DNA from: an uncultured bacterium
GTDB taxonomy: Bacteria; Krumholzibacteriota; Krumholzibacteriia; Krumholzibacteriales; Krumholzibacteriaceae
DNA length: 64,000 nucleotides
Assembly: GCA_963747385.1 (NCBI GenBank)
Contig: CAVVEY010000007.1
Span: 393,050-457,049, forward strand
Direction of reading: 5' to 3'
Both the position numbers and the translations under genes were made by a program. Positions 60,353 through 64,000 of this stretch are shown here, one piece after another (within the stretch, counting starts at the first letter, position 1; each line of letters opens with the position of its first letter). A model generated the notes under the pieces. The model did not search any database. It worked only from the letters and a program-made list of their open reading frames with translations, and was not told where the DNA came from.

Positions 60353-63153
60353 AGCGTATCGTCCGCATTGTGCTCATCGCATGCGCCGCCTGCCTTCTCG
60401 TGGTCCGGGGAGCGTCCGCGCAGTATCCCTTCGGCAGGAACAAAGTGATGTACTTTCCGAAAGACTGGAAAGTCATCGAAACGCCGCATCTCGAGATCTA
60501 CTACTACCCCGACGAGCTCCCCGTGGCCGAGTTCATCGCGAGTCTCGCGGAAAGCGTGTACGCCGAGTACACATCGTTTTTCGCGGTGGATTTCGAATCG
60601 AGAATCCCCGTTATTCTGTACGGCACGCATCACGATTTCAAGGAAACGAATGTCACTCCGTATCTCGTGTCCGAATCGACCGCGGGGTTCACCGAATTCA
60701 TCAAGGGTCGGATCGCCCTCCCGTTCGCCGGGTCCTATCCGAAGCTCAAGAAGGTGTTTCGCCACGAGCTGGCGCACGCGTTCATGCTCCGGAAGCTCCA
60801 CGTCGTGATGAAGGGGCATCGGCATCTGAGTTACAGCGATCCGCCCCTCTGGTTCACCGAGGGTCTGGCCGAGTATTGCGCCAATCGAGGTCTCGACGCC
60901 GAAGCGCATATGTTCCTCCGCGACGCCGTGACGGGCGATCTGCTGTATTCTCTCGAGGAAATCTGGAGAATCCAGGGCACATACCTCATGTACAAAGAGG
61001 GAGAAAGCGCCGTTCACTTTATCTCGACGAGATTCGGCGAGGAATCGATTCGGCTCATACTGGAAGGTTGGTGGAAGAGCGATCGATTCGACGTCCTTCT
61101 CGAAAAAACGATCGGAATGCCGCTTCGACGCCTGAGCAACGATTGGATCGAATCCCTGAAGCGGAGATACTACCCCGCCGTCCTCGGCCGCCGTAGAATC
61201 GGCGAGCTCGGCGACGCGCTCGCGTCGGGGGAGCCGGTTTTCGAGATCCATCCCGCTTGCGACGCGCGGGATCGGAAGAACCCGCGGCTGTTCTGCGTGG
61301 GATACGACATGGGCGGCATCAATATTCTCGAGTTGAAGAAGAACGATCGCGGCGAATTGCGTCGGGAGATATTCATCCGCGGCGGGCACGCGAGCGTATT
61401 CGAGTCGATACCGACTCTTCGGAGCTCCATCTCGATAAGGGGAGACACGCTCCTGTTCGTCTCGAAGGCGCTCGCGCGGGACGTGATCTATCTGTACGAC
61501 GTAGAACGAAAGCGCGTCATGCGGAAATTTTCCGTCGAGAACGCGCGCATTCTCAATTCGCCGAGTCTTTCCCCCGACGGTCGCGCCGTCGCGTTTTCGG
61601 CGATCGACGCTTTCGGAAAATCGGATCTATTCGTGTACGACCTCGCGCGCGAGAAGTGCGAACGGCTCACCGACGACTACTATGACGACGTAACGCCCGA
61701 TTGGCATCCCTCGAAGGGTATGCTCGTATTCAGCTCCGACCGGTGCAGCGCGAAGCGCGAGAACGCCTACGCGCTCTATACCATCGATACGGCGACGCGT
61801 GAGGTCGTGCCTCTGACGGGGGATGGGTCTCGAGATGTCGATCCGCGATGGCTCCCTGACGGAAAGGGAGTGCTGTTTTCCTCGGATCGCGACGGCGTTC
61901 CCGATATCTTCGTGCTTCGCGACGGCCGTCTCGAGCGCCAGACGAACGTTCTGGGGGGCGCGTTCAATCCCTATCCTTGCGACGACGGCGCATCGTTCCT
62001 CTGCGCCTCGTACGGGGAAGGCACGTATCGATGCTACCGCGTGCCCCTGAAGGACGGGGGGCAGGGGACCGCCGCCGTCCCGGCCGCCGTCGTTTCCGCC
62101 GGTTGGGAACCGAGGCTTCCCGAGGGATCGGAAGACATCGCGAAGAAGGATTACCGGATCAAGCTCGGGATCGACCTCATCGGCGCGACGTTCTCCGTCG
62201 ATCCCGATTTCGGCAGCACGGGAAACGGCGCGCAGCTTTTCCTCACCGACATGCTCGGCAACCACGAGGTCATCGTGCTGTTCGGGAGCGCGACGGACAG
62301 TTTCGACGATTTCCTCAACCGGATCAACGTCGCCGTCACGTACGTCAATCTCTCTCGTCGCCTCAATTACGCGGTGGGCGCCTTTCATCTCGCGAGCTAT
62401 ATCGGGACCTCATACGATCTTCTGCGGTACGAGAGGCGCTTCGGCGTTCTCGGCGGCGTCATCTATCCCTTTTCCTCTTTCAGCCGCGTCGAGCTCTCGG
62501 CCGTCTTCAAGGGCATGGAGCGCGACGACGACATCTCCTTCCGCGGGCTCGAGAGCGGGCGGGGCTGGCTCCTTTCGAACTTCATATCGTACACGTTCGA
62601 CAACATCGCGTGGTACATCGGCGGCCCGCTCAGCGGGCGGAGGCTCAACGTCTCTATCGGAAGGACGTCGGACCTCACCGGAGATCGATACGGGAGCACC
62701 TCCGCCCACGTCGACGTGCGCAACTACGTGGCGCTCACCGAGAGGGTAATATTCGCGCAGCGATTCGTAAGCCGAAACGCATGGGGCAGCGACCTGCAGC
62801 TGTTCTACCTCGGAGGCTCCTGGGATCTGCGCGGCTACGAATTCCGCAGGTTCGCGGGAAAACGGACGATTCTCGTCAACAGCGAGCTGCGTTTTCCCCT
62901 CATCGACCGTTTCGTCCTGAAATTCCCCGTCGGGTCGATCGAGTTTCCGCTCTTTCGAGGTTCTTTCTTCTTCGACGCCGGCCGCGTCGGCGGATTCATA
63001 TACGATACGGACTGGCTCGGGAGCATCGGGACCGGAATCGAGATGAATCTGGGATACCTTCCTGTCTTCCGCCTGAATTTCAGCCGCCTCACCGATTTCA
63101 AGACAGTCGCGAGCGACATTCACGTCGATTTCTTCCTCGGATTCAATTTCTAG
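60349..63153 (+). CDS. Outer-membrane protein: gluzincin-like (HExxH) domain + PD40/TolB beta-propeller + Omp85/BamA-type barrel
   Basis: Intact 934 aa. Signal MKRIVRIVLIACAACLLVVRGASA. HELAHAF...FTEGLAEY. PD40 repeats (SLSPDGRAVAFSA, PRWLPDGKGVLFSSDRDGVPDIF). C-terminal barrel (YLGGSWDLRGYEFRRFAG, terminal DFFLGFNF). It is a paralogue of the gene at 2..2193. Confidence 0.75.
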   Translation: MKRIVRIVLIACAACLLVVRGASAQYPFGRNKVMYFPKDWKVIETPHLEIYYYPDELPVAEFIASLAESVYAEYTSFFAVDFESRIPVILYGTHHDFKETNVTPYLVSESTAGFTEFIKGRIALPFAGSYPKLKKVFRHELAHAFMLRKLHVVMKGHRHLSYSDPPLWFTEGLAEYCANRGLDAEAHMFLRDAVTGDLLYSLEEIWRIQGTYLMYKEGESAVHFISTRFGEESIRLILEGWWKSDRFDVLLEKTIGMPLRRLSNDWIESLKRRYYPAVLGRRRIGELGDALASGEPVFEIHPACDARDRKNPRLFCVGYDMGGINILELKKNDRGELRREIFIRGGHASVFESIPTLRSSISIRGDTLLFVSKALARDVIYLYDVERKRVMRKFSVENARILNSPSLSPDGRAVAFSAIDAFGKSDLFVYDLAREKCERLTDDYYDDVTPDWHPSKGMLVFSSDRCSAKRENAYALYTIDTATREVVPLTGDGSRDVDPRWLPDGKGVLFSSDRDGVPDIFVLRDGRLERQTNVLGGAFNPYPCDDGASFLCASYGEGTYRCYRVPLKDGGQGTAAVPAAVVSAGWEPRLPEGSEDIAKKDYRIKLGIDLIGATFSVDPDFGSTGNGAQLFLTDMLGNHEVIVLFGSATDSFDDFLNRINVAVTYVNLSRRLNYAVGAFHLASYIGTSYDLLRYERRFGVLGGVIYPFSSFSRVELSAVFKGMERDDDISFRGLESGRGWLLSNFISYTFDNIAWYIGGPLSGRRLNVSIGRTSDLTGDRYGSTSAHVDVRNYVALTERVIFAQRFVSRNAWGSDLQLFYLGGSWDLRGYEFRRFAGKRTILVNSELRFPLIDRFVLKFPVGSIEFPLFRGSFFFDAGRVGGFIYDTDWLGSIGTGIEMNLGYLPVFRLNFSRLTDFKTVASDIHVDFFLGFNF

Positions 63154-63199
63154 CGAGAGGGCGGCCGCGCGCCACGAACAGCGGGGCGGCACTTCAATC

Positions 63200-63231
63200 T
63201 TGCGTTCAATGCGGACCTCGCGTAGTATACT
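63200..63231 (+). promoter_or_regulatory. Candidate promoter for proS
   Basis: TTGCGT (63200-63205), a 17-nt spacer, then TAGTAT (63223-63228), overlapping TATACT (63226-63231). It lies about 45 nt upstream of ATG 63277. Confidence 0.3.
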
Positions 63232-63276
63232 GCGGGTCGTGTCCCGAAAAGCAACGGGCCGCCAGAAAAAGGGGAA

Positions 63277-64000
63277 ATGATGCGCTGGTCAAGAAGCTGC
63301 ATTCCGACGTTCAAGGAGAATCCCGCGGAAGCCGAGATTCCGAGTCACCGCCTCATGCTGCGAGCGGGGCTCATCAGGAAGCTCACCTCGGGCGTTTATA
63401 CGTTCCTGCCGCTCGGATTCAAGGTCATCAAGAAAATCGAGGCGATTGCGCGGGAGGAAATGGACGCGATCGGCTGCCAGGAAGTGCTCATGCCGGTGCT
63501 CCATCCGATCGAAATCTACGAGGAATCGGGAAGGCTCGGCAGCTTCGGGCCGGAGCTCTTCAAGCTCCAGGACGGCCGAAATCGCACGTTCGCGCTCGGG
63601 CCGACGCACGAGGAAGTGATCACGATGGTGGCGCGCGACGACATGAAGAGCTACCGGAGTCTGCCGCAGTGCCTGTATCAGATTCTTATCAAGTTCCGCG
63701 ACGAGATCCGGCCCCGCTACGGGGTGGTCCGCGCGCGCGAGTTCATTATGAAGGACGCATACAGCTTTCACCAGAGCGGCGAATCGCTCGATGAAACCTA
63801 CCGCGCCATGGAGGGAGCGTATCGGAGAATCATCGAGCGCTGCGGGCTTACCTTTCGGATGGTCGAGGCGGAATCGGGTTATATCGGCGGCAACGAATCG
63901 CACGAGTTCGTCGTATTGGCGGATAACGGCGAGTCGACGATCCTGAGCTGCGCATGCGGATACGCGGTCAACGTCGAGCGGGCGGCGGCGCTGGAACCGG
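63277..64000 (+). CDS. proS: Prolyl-tRNA synthetase (3'-truncated by window end)
   Basis: MMRWSRSCIPTFKENPAEAEIPSHRLMLRAGLIRKLTSGVYTFLPLG..., FRDEIRPRYGVVRAREFIMKDAYSF (class II motif 2). The frame stays open to position 64000; it is absent from the track because no stop codon is reached. Confidence 0.9.
   Translation, partial: MMRWSRSCIPTFKENPAEAEIPSHRLMLRAGLIRKLTSGVYTFLPLGFKVIKKIEAIAREEMDAIGCQEVLMPVLHPIEIYEESGRLGSFGPELFKLQDGRNRTFALGPTHEEVITMVARDDMKSYRSLPQCLYQILIKFRDEIRPRYGVVRAREFIMKDAYSFHQSGESLDETYRAMEGAYRRIIERCGLTFRMVEAESGYIGGNESHEFVVLADNGESTILSCACGYAVNVERAAALEP

Overview
This is a GC-rich, gene-dense bacterial chromosomal segment. Most genes are on the + strand and many are translationally coupled. 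PorV-like, DUF3078-like and bS22-like genes, TrmFO and sigma-54 regulators hint at an uncultivated FCB-superphylum-type diderm, but that placement is only inference. The content is mostly core or envelope housekeeping. It includes purine and GMP synthesis (purN-purC-purH-guaA), secA, smg-topA-trmFO, xerC, argF, dapF, proS (3'-truncated), mscL, tRNA-Leu(CAA) and tRNA-Ala(GGC). It also includes two lytic transglycosylases, a ComEC-like channel, an S9 peptidase, and TPR, NHL, J-domain and PQQ-propeller proteins. A signalling block holds a PilZ protein, a REC-GAF-PAS histidine kinase, two sigma-54 activators, a PorV-like barrel, a GlgD/GlgC pair and a GGDEF cyclase. I found no CRISPR array, integrase, transposase, phage genes or recognisable defence system, and I cannot point to a clear-cut new system. 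Five observations seem most worth a second look. (1) There are roughly 40 reading-frame breaks in 19 conserved genes; the ones I localised sit at short G/C homopolymer runs and they cluster at 19.6-33.7 kb, so they are probably assembly indels, with real gene decay as the alternative. (2) Two paralogous outer-membrane proteins join a PD40/TolB propeller to an Omp85 barrel, and one also carries an HExxH domain. (3) A tandem ThyX-like gene is followed by coupled isochorismatase-family and nitroreductase-family genes, convergent with a radical-SAM/SPASM + GT4 + Trp-rich lipoprotein operon. (4) A bS22-like 31-codon gene is missing from the ORF track. (5) Low-GC intergenic islands carry strong promoters, sigma-54-like boxes and an isolated secreted-protein gene. 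All domain calls rest on motif recognition by eye; no database search was run.
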